Below, in pieces: positions 21,146 through 32,200 of a DNA stretch of 64,000 nucleotides. The position numbers and the translations under genes were made by a program. The notes beneath the pieces were generated by a model that worked only from the letters and a program-made list of their open reading frames with translations, had not been told where the DNA came from and searched no databases. The stretch lies in contig CBDCCK010000002.1 of assembly GCA_965214835.1 (NCBI GenBank), positions 1,920,001-1,984,000 on the forward strand, read 5' to 3'. Position 1 is the first letter of the stretch. The number at the start of each line of letters is the position of its first letter. This DNA comes from Nitrosopumilaceae archaeon. GTDB taxonomy: Archaea > Thermoproteota > Nitrososphaeria > Nitrososphaerales > Nitrosopumilaceae.

Positions 21146-22223
21146 CTATGCCGTTCCCGCCAGTTCTGTCACCCTCTTGATCTTCTTGTCGTACAGGACA
21201 GCATTGCGCGATGAATACACAGTCTTTGTCGTCAGCATGTGCCAGATTATCCTGAGCATCTTGTTTGCAACATGCGTTATCGCTATGACGTGGTTGTTGC
21301 CGTTCCTTTTGCGGACCCTCTCGTAGAACTCCCTCATCCTGTCGTCGTGCTGTACGGCGACGTTGGCTATCTGGATCATCAGCCAGTTGATCCTGCGGTT
21401 TGCATCCTTTTTCATGTGGCCGTGGTACTCGCGTTCCCCCGACTGGTACACCCGGGGACACATGCCGGCCCAGGACACAAGCTGGTTCGGCGATGGAAAC
21501 CTGGCTATGTCACCGATCTCTGCTATCAGCAGCATTGCTGCAAAGGTGTCTATTCCCGTCATGCTCAACAGCAGCTTGGCATCCTCGTTCGATCCTGCCT
21601 GTCTTCCTATGTCCTCCCCTGCCTGGCCTATCTCCTCTGTGACGTGTACAATCCTCCTAGTGCAGCTTGCCAGTATCCTGTCATCGTTTGGCATGTTCAG
21701 CCTGGTATCGGAGATCTTCCGTATGGCCTTCTTGGAGTACATCGTGGATGCATCTATGGCTATATCGTACTTGTCAAGCCAAGCTGTGCAGCCCGTTTAT
21801 GACTGCGGTCCTCTCCTGCACCATCCGTATCCTGTACCTCATCAGCTCCCTGACATCCCTCAGCTCTGCTGATGCCACGTAGCATCGTGGTATCATTCCG
21901 GCCCTGAGCGTTTCGGCTATCTTCCTTGCATCTATCGGGTCAGTCTTTACGCTGGTCTCTGATACTATCTTCATCTTGAGGGTGTTTGCAAGCAGTATGG
22001 GGATATGCTGATCCTCAAACGCCCTGAACGTCTTTAGCCACATGTTGCCCGTTGACTCGCACGCGGCCTGGCACTTTTTGTACTCTTTTTTCAGTCGTGC
22101 AGCAAGCTTTGATGCCTCCTTGTACGTGTTGTTATACGAGCCCTCCTCTAGCACGTGTCCCTTGGCGTCGATGACGCACACTGCGCATTTTCTCTTTCCA
22201 ATGTCTATTCCTATGCTTCTCAA
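21146..22223 (-). pseudogene. IS110 DEDD recombinase, one frameshift near 21780
   Basis: GIDIGK, ACESTG, KTDPIDA in one frame; SWAGMCPRVYQSGE in the other; SD aaggaggtga. Confidence 0.9.
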
Positions 22224-22261
22224 TCCTTTTCTTTCACCTCCTTTCGGATATGGTTTGACAG

Positions 22262-22395
22262 ATCAGAAGCTGCATTCATCCATCAGTGCGCGTAGCACAG
22301 GAACACAGCAGCTCGGATATCCCCATTCAACAGGTAGTGCGCGAAGCACATGCATAACGAGGGGTTGATCCATCACCCTGGCTACGGCGGGGGCG
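22262..22395 (-). ncRNA. Predicted IS110 bridge RNA (target-binding and donor-binding loops)
   Basis: Two stems, each closing an internal loop around a GTGC-N5-GCAC hairpin; loop segments match the element junctions 8/8, 6/8, 7/8, 7/8. RNA ends approximate. Confidence 0.8.
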
Positions 22396-22522
22396 TTTTT
22401 ATCATGTGTTCAACAGACTAGACAGGAACACCATTTTTTATAGATCGATTGGCGAAAAAATCATGCCAATTTGTTCAAAACATTCAGACACTTAAAAGGG
22501 AGATACATTTTCAACTACTGTA

Positions 22523-23248
22523 GTGGAAGAAATAAGCACAAAAATTTCGGAGAGGGACGAAATGTTCAAGACTACTGCCTCCCACAACCATCCGGATCCC
22601 AAACTCGCATACCTGAACGGAGGAAAGATGATAATTGAGACCGTAACTGATATTTTGAAAAAATGGGGGCCGGAGTTGCTGAACGGCAAAAACATCCTAG
22701 ATTATGGGTGCGGCCATGGAAGGGTGGCCAGGCACATCAAGCGCCTAAACCCGGCAAAATTGGTATGCGCCGACGTTTGGGACGATGCAGTGGGCTTTTG
22801 CGCCAGAGAGTTCTCGGCAGATCCATTTGTTATCTCAGATGACAGCCCGATTTCTAGCAGGTGGCAGTCATTTTTTGACGTGGTCATCAGCATTTCAGTT
22901 TTTAGCCACCTTCCGCCCGCAAGGTTTGAGAGGAATTTGACGGCCCTGCAAAAGGCAATGAGGGGGGGGGGAATCCTGCTGTATACAACCCACGGGAATT
23001 TTTCAGCGAAAAAAAGGAGTCTGACCATCCCGGATTCAAATTTCAGATATGGGCCGGTTGGCGCAAAGCCCAACCATACTGATGGAAGGCTACCGGTGGA
23101 GGAATACAGCTTCATGTGCACCAACCCGGAGTACAACAAGAGCATGGTTTCCAAGGCAGGCTTGAGCCTGTTGGAATTCAGGGAGCAGGGAATAAATGAA
23201 CAGGATTTGTATGTTGTTAAGAAACCGCAGGGTACTGGATCATTCTAA
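22523..23248 (+). CDS. Class I SAM-dependent methyltransferase
   Basis: ILDYGCGHGR, FDVVISISVFSHL, MRGGGIL (G10 tract, in frame). Confidence 0.9.
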   Translation: MEEISTKISERDEMFKTTASHNHPDPKLAYLNGGKMIIETVTDILKKWGPELLNGKNILDYGCGHGRVARHIKRLNPAKLVCADVWDDAVGFCAREFSADPFVISDDSPISSRWQSFFDVVISISVFSHLPPARFERNLTALQKAMRGGGILLYTTHGNFSAKKRSLTIPDSNFRYGPVGAKPNHTDGRLPVEEYSFMCTNPEYNKSMVSKAGLSLLEFREQGINEQDLYVVKKPQGTGSF

Positions 23249-23428
23249 ACGACCTGTCTTTGAGGGCAGGGCATGACTCGGACTGCCGGTGTCCACATCA
23301 AAAAACGGAATCATGGTTTTGACATGTCGTGCCTGTTTTACACCTCGGCCCCCGTGCCCGGCCCTAACCGATTACAGAACCCAGGCATGAAATATACAAA
23401 TAATTAACTGTAATCCGACAAATCCTCC

Positions 23429-24205
23429 ATGGTGGCTCTGCCGTTTGCGGATTTGTGGCAAAATAAGGCACTGGTTGTGAGCTTTTCCTGGTATTTGATC
23501 AAGATACGCTACAAGGCAAACCACCTTGGTCTGATCTGGGCCGGACTGGAACCGATGCTGTTCTTTGTTTTCCTGCACCTAGTGTTTACAAGCATCAAAT
23601 TCGGGTCTGGGGACGACTTTTCAATATACCTGCTGACGGGAATCGTCCTCTATCATGCATTTGCAAAGGGTACTAACGCGGGACTCTCCAGCCTGAGGGA
23701 TAACGCGAACCTGGTCACATCGCTCAACATAAGAAGGGAGTTCTTTCCCGTCTCCTCCACCTCGGCCTCTGCCATCTTGCTGATGGTGGAAGTCGCGGTG
23801 TTTTTCATGATAATGCCGTTTATCGGGTTTACGCCGACGGCCGACATGATATTCTTGCCGCTGATATTGGGCCTGCTTCTCGTCCTGATCTTGGGGATGT
23901 CGTACATTCTGTCAATAGTCTATACGTATGTTACAGACATCAGGCCCCTGTGGGGGGTCATCGTGCAGGCGCTGTTTTTCATCACCCCTGTCTTTTGGCG
24001 TCTGGAGGATGCGCACGAGATCGCAGGAAGCATACAGATGGTGAATCCGATCGGACAACTGGTGGAGCTGGCGCACGGGGTGGTCATATATGACGTCCCG
24101 CCCGTAAGCGAGTGGGCCTATACCACTGCCATGATTTTCGGGATATTTGCATTCGGATACGTGCTGTTTCACAGGCTTGAGAAAAACATTGCGGAGAGAA
24201 TCTAG
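23429..24205 (+). CDS. wzm: Polysaccharide ABC exporter permease
   Basis: KIRYKANHLGLIWAGLEP, FFITPVFW, VNP motifs. Confidence 0.9.
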   Translation: MVALPFADLWQNKALVVSFSWYLIKIRYKANHLGLIWAGLEPMLFFVFLHLVFTSIKFGSGDDFSIYLLTGIVLYHAFAKGTNAGLSSLRDNANLVTSLNIRREFFPVSSTSASAILLMVEVAVFFMIMPFIGFTPTADMIFLPLILGLLLVLILGMSYILSIVYTYVTDIRPLWGVIVQALFFITPVFWRLEDAHEIAGSIQMVNPIGQLVELAHGVVIYDVPPVSEWAYTTAMIFGIFAFGYVLFHRLEKNIAERI

Positions 24206-24934
24206 ATGGAAAAGCCGTTCATTTCAATCCGCAACGTGACAAAAACATTTAACGTCTCGCAAAGCAGTGAAAAAAGATCCCTTTTCTCCATGCTGAAAGA
24301 ACGAAAAAAGATGGTCGCGCTAAAAAACCTGTCCCTCGACATAGAAGGGGGGAGCGTTGTCGGAATAATAGGCTCCAACGGAAGCGGCAAGACCACCCTT
24401 CTGAGGATAATCGCTGGAATTCTCGAGCCCGATTCGGGAACGGTGAGTATAGGCGGAAATATCGCGCCGTTGTTTCAGATCGGAGCCGGGTTTCACAGGG
24501 ATCTAAACGCCCGGGAGAACATAATGATCTCGGCGATGCTGTCCGGGCTGCCAAGGCACGCCATCAAAAAGAAAATCCCCGAGATTTTAAAATTTGCAGA
24601 ACTTGAGGAGTTCAGGGAGATGAAGATAAAGCACTATTCGGCAGGAATGAAGGCCAGACTGGCGTTTTCGACTGCAATACTAGTCGATCCTGACATACTT
24701 TTGGTCGATGAGATCCTCTCCGTCGGCGACATTTCGTTCAGGAAAAAAAGCCTTGCCGAATTTTTAAAGCTAAGGAACGAAAGAAAGGTAATACTTCTGA
24801 CCACGCATAACATGAGTGCTGTAAGAGACATCTGCGACTGTGTGATAGTCATGGACGGGGGAAGAATGATATTCCAGGGAGACACGTCTGAGGGAATTGA
24901 AAAGTTTGTGGAGATCTCAAGATCGCAAAAATAG
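24206..24934 (+). CDS. wzt: Polysaccharide ABC exporter ATPase
   Basis: GSNGSGKTT, YSAGM, LLVDEILSVGD; 242 aa, no C-terminal binding domain. Confidence 0.9.
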   Translation: MEKPFISIRNVTKTFNVSQSSEKRSLFSMLKERKKMVALKNLSLDIEGGSVVGIIGSNGSGKTTLLRIIAGILEPDSGTVSIGGNIAPLFQIGAGFHRDLNARENIMISAMLSGLPRHAIKKKIPEILKFAELEEFREMKIKHYSAGMKARLAFSTAILVDPDILLVDEILSVGDISFRKKSLAEFLKLRNERKVILLTTHNMSAVRDICDCVIVMDGGRMIFQGDTSEGIEKFVEISRSQK

Positions 24935-24935
24935 C

Positions 24936-25766
24936 TTAGACGTAGCCAAATTTTCGAAGGATCGGCTCCGATATCCCCATTATGGTGTCATGCTCCTCGC
25001 CTGAAAAGGCCTCCTTCCACCCGCCCACCTTTGCGCTCCTGTAAAACTTGCCGTCTCCCCTTAGATCTTCATCAATATTCTCAAAGGCGTACTTGTCTAC
25101 CTTTGAGGCCAGATCCTCGTCTGTGATCGAGACGTCAAGGAAGCTGTAAACTCGCTTTGTTTGTGCAAGCGTGTCTGTGCGCAGATCCTCGTACTTTACC
25201 AGCAGCCTGTTTTCGGGCGAATGGTTCTCAAAGGCAAAGGAGACATGTTTTAGCGAGTTTGCCCAATTTTTTGCAAATTTCTTAATGCGCTCATTTCTGC
25301 CCTTGTCTGTTGCCCAGATGACGCCGTTTTCATTCCAAGAGCCCTTGTTTGTAGCGTTGATCTGCGAATCTACCACGTCCCTTCCATCCCTAATCAAAAA
25401 TATCATCTTCGAATCCGGCAAGGCGCCCACCACTGCAGGTGCCCCAAAACCGGCATTGGGATCCTTGATTATGATGTTTTTCGCAGTTGTGCTGAATTGG
25501 GCATGGGCCCTGTTGAGAATTAACTTTCTTAGATGGTATTTCCACACGTCCTGGTATTTTTTTGAAAGAAAATACGGATCTCCTCTATTCGTTTGCCAGT
25601 CTGAAACACTCGCAAAGTGATTGCCGATGTACGGTTCGTCCCAAATGAGATTTTCCGGATGGTTCAACAACTGGGTGCCCAGCCACGTGGATCCGCTTCT
25701 TCCAGATCCCGTGAGCCAGACCATTTTTTTTTCAAGATCACGCTCTTCGATTGATGTCAGCTCCAT
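24936..25766 (-). CDS. Sulfotransferase
   Basis: GSGRSGSTWL, IRDGRDVVDS, KYEDL, FYRSAKVGGWK motifs. Confidence 0.9.
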   Translation of the reverse strand: MELTSIEERDLEKKMVWLTGSGRSGSTWLGTQLLNHPENLIWDEPYIGNHFASVSDWQTNRGDPYFLSKKYQDVWKYHLRKLILNRAHAQFSTTAKNIIIKDPNAGFGAPAVVGALPDSKMIFLIRDGRDVVDSQINATNKGSWNENGVIWATDKGRNERIKKFAKNWANSLKHVSFAFENHSPENRLLVKYEDLRTDTLAQTKRVYSFLDVSITDEDLASKVDKYAFENIDEDLRGDGKFYRSAKVGGWKEAFSGEEHDTIMGISEPILRKFGYV

Positions 25767-25811
25767 TTGGTTTACTAGGCATGCTCCCGGTTATTACACT
25801 TTGCGTGTTTG

Positions 25812-25860
25812 TAGTTTGTTGCATAACCCTGCCTAAAATTTGAAACCTGGCCGAAAATCA
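25812..25860. mobile_element. Isolated IS5-type end (related ends at 1816 and 47367)
   Basis: tttgttgcataaccctgcctaaaattt shared with 1816-1860. Confidence 0.6.
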
Positions 25861-26217
25861 CCGGAATGATCAACTGATTCTGGCCGAAAAAGTAATGGAT
25901 CATGAGGCTGCCTCGTATGACATACATTGACACGCACGGACAGTGCAAAGTACGCAGGGAGGGGGGGGGGGACAGGCCTGGTCGTCAGGTACGACCCGAA
26001 ATTAGATACCGGGTAAATGCCAGGATTTTTCCGTACGTCTGCCAGGTAGTTTTACAGACAGACAGTCTGCCATTTGCAGGCATTATCTTGATCGATCTGA
26101 TGCAAGTTCGCTTACACATGATCAGAGTCCGCCGACTTCTAGCCGGCCCTCTGGGAAGCAAACTATTGCCATCGCACATGCAGTATGTTATTAATACGTG
26201 AGTCTTTTTTCATTGGT

Positions 26218-29200
26218 ATGAGCACACCGCCTGCGTGCGACATCATCATCATCGTGACCCGTAACGATCTGGATGGCACAAAAAGGTGTCTTGAGAGCAT
26301 AGAAAAGAACAGGGGCGCCATATCCTACAGGTACATATTCGTGGACAACGGCTCGACGGACGGAACCATTCAGTACCTGAAGCGGTTTGACGGCTCGGCG
26401 CTGATCAGAAACAAAAGGGACGCCGGTTTCGTAAGGGCCATGAACCAGGGACTGGAAAGGGTCCGCGCAGAGTATGCCGTCTGGCTGGACAGCGGCGTCA
26501 TCGTGACCCCTGGCTGGCTGGACACGCTCGTGGGGCACCTTGAGAGGAACCCGGATGCCGGGGCCGTCGGGCCCATGAGCAACACGGCAGGTGTCATGCA
26601 GCGCGACTATTCGTGCGGCGTGGGGGCCGAACCGGCGGAGATAGCCGAGTACGGCAGGGACTTTCACGCCAGACATGAGGGCCTGACGGCCGAATACCAC
26701 AGGATCGGGGGCTTTTGCATGGTGGTCAGATCGGAGCTTGCGGCCGGCATAGGGCCACTGGACGAGGGGTTCAACTTCGGGCCGCTGTACGACGACGACT
26801 ATTGCAGGAGAGTGCGGGAGGCCGGCGGCGCGGTCTTGGTTGCCAGGGACGTGTTTGTCTACCGCACGGACGGCGAGGCACCCCCGAGCGCCGGGGATCC
26901 GGACTCGAGCCCGCCGTTTGTGGATCAGAAGAACAGGGACTATTTCCTGCGCAAGTGGGTGCCACAAGGCGGGGGCAGAACCGCCAATCAGCCATCCGGA
27001 ACCCCGCTCGTTTCCGTAATAATGGCCACACAAGACAGGGAATCCACAATCCCCCTTGCGATCAAATCGGTATTGTCACAAACGTACGAGAATTTCGAGC
27101 TGATCATAGTCAACGACGGGGGAAGGGACATCAAGGGCATAATCGACGGGTTTGGGGATCCCAGGATCAAGTACATCAGGCTAGAGGAGCACAGGGGCAA
27201 GTCCTATGCCAACAACTATGCAATAGACAGGGCAGGCGGCGAGCTCATCGCGTACCTGGATGACGATGACAGGCTGTATCCGGATCACCTAGAGGTCACC
27301 GTGGGCGAGCTTGTCAGGTTCGAGTCCAGGATGCTCGTATATGCGGACTATGTCAAGACCTACTGTAAAACAGATCAAAACGGGGTACAGGTGCCGATCA
27401 GAAAGGAGCTAGAGATCCTGGAGAACGCAGCGTACGATCCGCTGGATCAGTCCAACTTCATACCCAACTTTGCTGTGGTACACAAAAGGGAGCTGTTTGA
27501 CGCAGAGAGATACGACGAGGAGCTGGAGGTTTTCGAGGACTGGGACATTCTGAGGAGGTTTTCCAAGCACGCCTACTTTGTGCACATTCCAAAGGCGACC
27601 GGGGAGTACTGGATCAACACACAGGACTCGACGCGTAACTTTAGCAGGTTCATGGATAAAAACAGGGATGTCGTCGCCAGTTACATAAGAACAAAGTACA
27701 CCACTACAAAAAGCCGCACGCTGCTGGATCTCTTCAGTGCAGACCGGCTGGCAAAATCCTCAGAGTGGTCCGACGCACTGGTAGCATACAGGAGCATACT
27801 CCAGACGGATCCAGAATACATTCCCGCCTTGGAGGGGTGTGCAAGATGCCTGTACAACCTGCGACGATACAGTGACTGCTCCAAAGTTTTGGATCGGGTG
27901 CTCGGACACGACAGGTACAACTATGAAATGTACATGCTACAGGGCAACGCACTGGCCAACACCGGCGACTATGGCGGGGCCCGAACATGGATGGAGCTTG
28001 CACTGGTAGTCGGTCACGACGCTGGCGCCCTGCGCATGCTACAGGACTGCTATGAAAACCTGCAAGGACAGGATTCCGGCGAGTTCATCGGTCTGCAGGC
28101 GCGGGAAATGCTGGACGTGGAAGCAACCGCGGTCGATCAGCAGACACCAGAGTCAGAGCTTGCCGACAGATACGAGAAGCTGCAGGCCGAGGTTGACGAG
28201 AAAAACGCCCGTGCGCTGCACCTTGACGAGGAGATAGGCACCAAGGGAGAGAGGCTGCAGGAGCTGCAGGCCGAGGTTGACGAGAAAAACGCCCGTGCGC
28301 TGCACCTTGACGAGGAGATAGGCACCAAGGGAGAGAGGCTGCAGGAGCTGCAGGCCGAGGTTGACGAGAAAAACGCCCGTGCGCTGCACCTTGACGAGGA
28401 GATAGGCACCAAGGGAGAGAGGCTGCAGGAGCTGCAGGCCGAGGTTGACGAGAAAAACGCCCGTGCGCTGCACCTTGACGAGGAGATAGGCACCAAGGGA
28501 GAGAGGCTGCAGGAGCTGCAGGCCGAGGTTGACGAGAAAAACGCCCGTGCGCTGCACCTTGACGAGGAGATAGGCACCAAGGGCAAGAGTAAGAGCAATC
28601 TTCAGATGAGACTAGATTCGGCCAGAAAAACTTTGGAGCGTAAAGAGTCACAAATAGCGGATCTGCGACGGCAGCTGCATGCACAGCACAACGAATCTGA
28701 GGAGATCAGGCAGTCCATCTTGTTTAAAACGGCGACCAGCCTTGCCAAAAAACTAGACAGGTCGTTCCCACAGAATACCCGAAGGGGCGAGATACTCAGG
28801 CTGTCCAAGGCATCACTCGACATAATCCAAAATGATGGATATGTGGCTCTTCTAAGAGCCATCAGGGAGAAACGGCGTGGCAGAGCTGGATCCGACGCCA
28901 AGGACACCGTCATCGTATCTGAAAAAACCAAGCAGCACCTTGACGAGGCATCTGCGGCCGACTCTGCAGGCACCCAGATAGATGAGCTGGAGAGAGACAA
29001 GGCAGAGCTGGGCACCCAGGTAGATGAGCTGGAGAGAGACAAGGCAGAGCTGGGCACCCAGGTAGATGAGCTGGAGAGAGACAAGGCAGAGCTGGGCACC
29101 CAGGTAGATGAGCTGGAGAGAGACAAGGCAGAGCTGGGCACCCAGGTAGATGAGCTGGAGAGAGACAAGGCAGAGCTGGGCACCCAGGTAGATGAGCTGG

Positions 29201-32200
29201 AGAGAGACAAGGCAGAGCTGGGCACCCAGGTAGATGAGCTGGAGAGAGACAAGGCAGAGCTGGGCAGGCACATCCTGGCCGAAAAAGTCAGGCGATATTC
29301 GGAGACGGTCAAACTCGACGATCCCAAGCTGAGCTCAAGGATAATCTGTAACGAGTACCCCGTCGAGCCTGATGAAGATCTGAGAGATCACATGCAGATC
29401 GGATCGGCGAAAATCCTCACACTTCCAAGAAATCCGAAGGTCAGCATCATCATTCCCACCCTCAACCAAACCGACTATCTCAGAAAAAACCTGAAATCCA
29501 TAGAGTCAAAGACGACATACAAAAACTATGAGATCATTATTGTCACAAACAACAAAGATGAAGATTCGGAGATGCGGCGATATCTTGACGGGGTCAGGTA
29601 CAAGGTTCTGATTTATGACGACAAGTACTCGTTTGCAAAAATCAACAACTATGCATCCAAGAGCGCCCGGGGCGAATACCTGCTTTTTCTAAACGACGAC
29701 ATGGAGGTGGCCTCACCGAACTGGCTGGAGGCGATGCTGAAGCTGGCCCTGGATAAGAAGACGGGCGCCGTAGGGGGCAAGCTGCTGTCTACCGACGGAA
29801 CCCTGCAGGAGGCAGGATGCATCGTCTGGGGGAACGGAAGCGTATGGAACTACGGGAGAGGCGACGACCCGGACAAGGCCGAGTATAACTTTGTCAGGGA
29901 GGTCGACTATTGCTCAGGAGCCTGCCTGATGATCCGGCGGGAGATCTTCGAGGAGAGTGGGGGGTTTGATGCCGGATACGAGATTGCCTACTGGGAGGAC
30001 AGTGACCTTTGCCAGGCCATCAGGCAAAGAGGATACAGTATCCTGTACCAGCCCATGGCCTGCCTCGTCCACCACGAAGGCAGAACCCAGGGCACCGACA
30101 CCTCGACTGGAATAAAATCATTCCAGGTCACAAACAAAGAAAGATACATGAAAAAATGGGGCGGGGTCATACAAGGCAGGCATCCGGACTCGCCAAAGAA
30201 CGTATTCTTTGAAAGAAACCGCAAGGCAGGCCTCAACATACTCTACATAGACCAGTACGTCCCAGAATACGACCGCGACGCGGGCTCGCTGACTGCGTAC
30301 TATGTGGTCTCAATTCTGGCATCCATGAACCACAACGTCACATTCTGGCCGGACAACCTGGTCAGGACAGAGCCGCATACTACGGAGCTGCAGCAGAAGG
30401 GAATCGAGGCAGTCTACGGAAACCGCGACTTTGAGGAGTTCTTGAAGGGACGCCGGGAGACCTTTCACGTCTGCTTTACCTCAAGGCCTCACATCACCGC
30501 AAGATATTTTGACCATCTCAAAAGATACGCGCCAGGATGCAAGATAATCTACGACACCACGGATCTTCACTTTGTCCGCGAGTACAGGATGGCCGTACTG
30601 TCCAAAGACCAGTCCAAGATAGCTGCGGCAAGCAGGAACAGCGAAGGCGAGCTGTCTCTTATCGGCATGTCAGACGTGGTCATTGTCAAGAGCCTCAAGG
30701 AGGCAAGATTCCTGCTAAACGAGGATCCCGACCTGTCAGTCGCCGTAATTCCGCCGATGCAGATTCCACTAGAGAACCCCGTACCGTTTGAAAAACGAAG
30801 GGATTTCCTGTTTTTGGGTGGATTTGCGCACCTGCCAAATGTAGATGCTCTTGAATTCCTGATAAACCGCATATTCCCGAAGATCAGAGAGCGCCTGCCC
30901 GATGCCAGACTGTACGTGACAGGAAGTAATGCGTCCAAAAAGGTCAGGGATCTGTGCACCGGTGCCGAGAGCGTTGCCTTTCTCGGATACATACAGGACA
31001 TAGAGGGATACCTTGACCGCTGCAGGATCATGCTGGCGCCTCTGACGTATGGGGCAGGGGTGAAGGGAAAGATCACCGATAGCTTTGCGCGTGGGCTGCC
31101 CGTCGTTACGACGTCGGTGGGGGCAGAGGGGATCTCACCGGACGACGGCAAGATCCTGTTGATCGAGGACGACCCTGCCGGATTTGCAGACAGGGCAATC
31201 TCCGCATACACGAACGAATCCTTGTGGAATACACTCTCGAAAAACTCCCTTGCCTTTGCCAACACCCATTATTCACCGGAACTTGGTCGCGATACCCTGA
31301 CGCAGATACTGGCAAAAGAAGCCAACGGCGCTCTCCCCCCCCCCTCCACCTTTACCAAAAAAGACATCATATGCTTTCCGATAATAGACTGGGGATTCAG
31401 ATACCAGCGCTCACAGCACATTATGAGTAAGTTTGCCGAGGCAGGACACCGGGTCTTCTACCTCACAGTAGATCTGGAATGCCTCAAGACCCCGTACGAG
31501 ATAACAGAGATCAAGAAGGATGTCTACGAGTTAAAGCTGCGTTCGCCGACCCCGTTCAACATATACAGGGAAGAGTTCAATGCGGAGCTGGTCGACGGGG
31601 TAATGGAGTCATTCCTCCATGCAAAGGATGTCCTGAACATAGACGGCATAGCGTTTGTCCAGTACCCCACATGGTTTATGTTGGTACGACAGCTGCAGAA
31701 AAAGCACGGCATGGGGGTCGTCTTTGACATACTTGACGAATTCATGGGGTTTGACAACGTCCCAAAGGCACGGATCAGAGAGGAAAAAGACCTGATCGAG
31801 TGCAGTGACATGGTCACCGCCTCATCATCATACCTGATGAAAAAGACCAAGAGATCCAGCACGGTCATCGTGCCCAACGCCTGCGAATACGAGCATTTCG
31901 CACAAAGCGACACACATTTGCTGTCAGATCACACAAAGCCCATAATAGGGTATTTCGGCGCCATTGCGAGCTGGCTTGACGTGTCGCTGATAGAATATGC
32001 CGCCACAAGGAGGCCGAATTGGACCTTTGTCTTGATCGGATACACGGTAGCCGATGTAACGAGGCTGCAAAAGCTGCACAACGTAAGTTTTCTTGGCGAG
32101 CGCCCGTACTCTGACCTTCCCAGCTACTTGGCGGATTTTGATGTGTGCCTCATACCCTTTGTAGATTCTGATTTCATCGAGGCTGTCAACCCCGTAAAGA

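Larger units (their letters stand above)
20966..22412 (-). mobile_element. IS110-family element, CA core at both junctions, sub-terminal IRs
   Basis: Junctions gttatg-CA-tccatg (20958-20971) and tgtgtt-CA-acagac (22405-22418); sub-terminal aaaacgccc / gggcgtttt. Confidence 0.85.

Noticed and set aside
21129-22432. Alternative IS110 ends with a CT core (gtgttcCT near 22425, CTtccatc near 21130)
   Set aside because: Explains only one loop. The CA-core ends satisfy all four guides, fit the sub-terminal IRs and restore the IS5 end.
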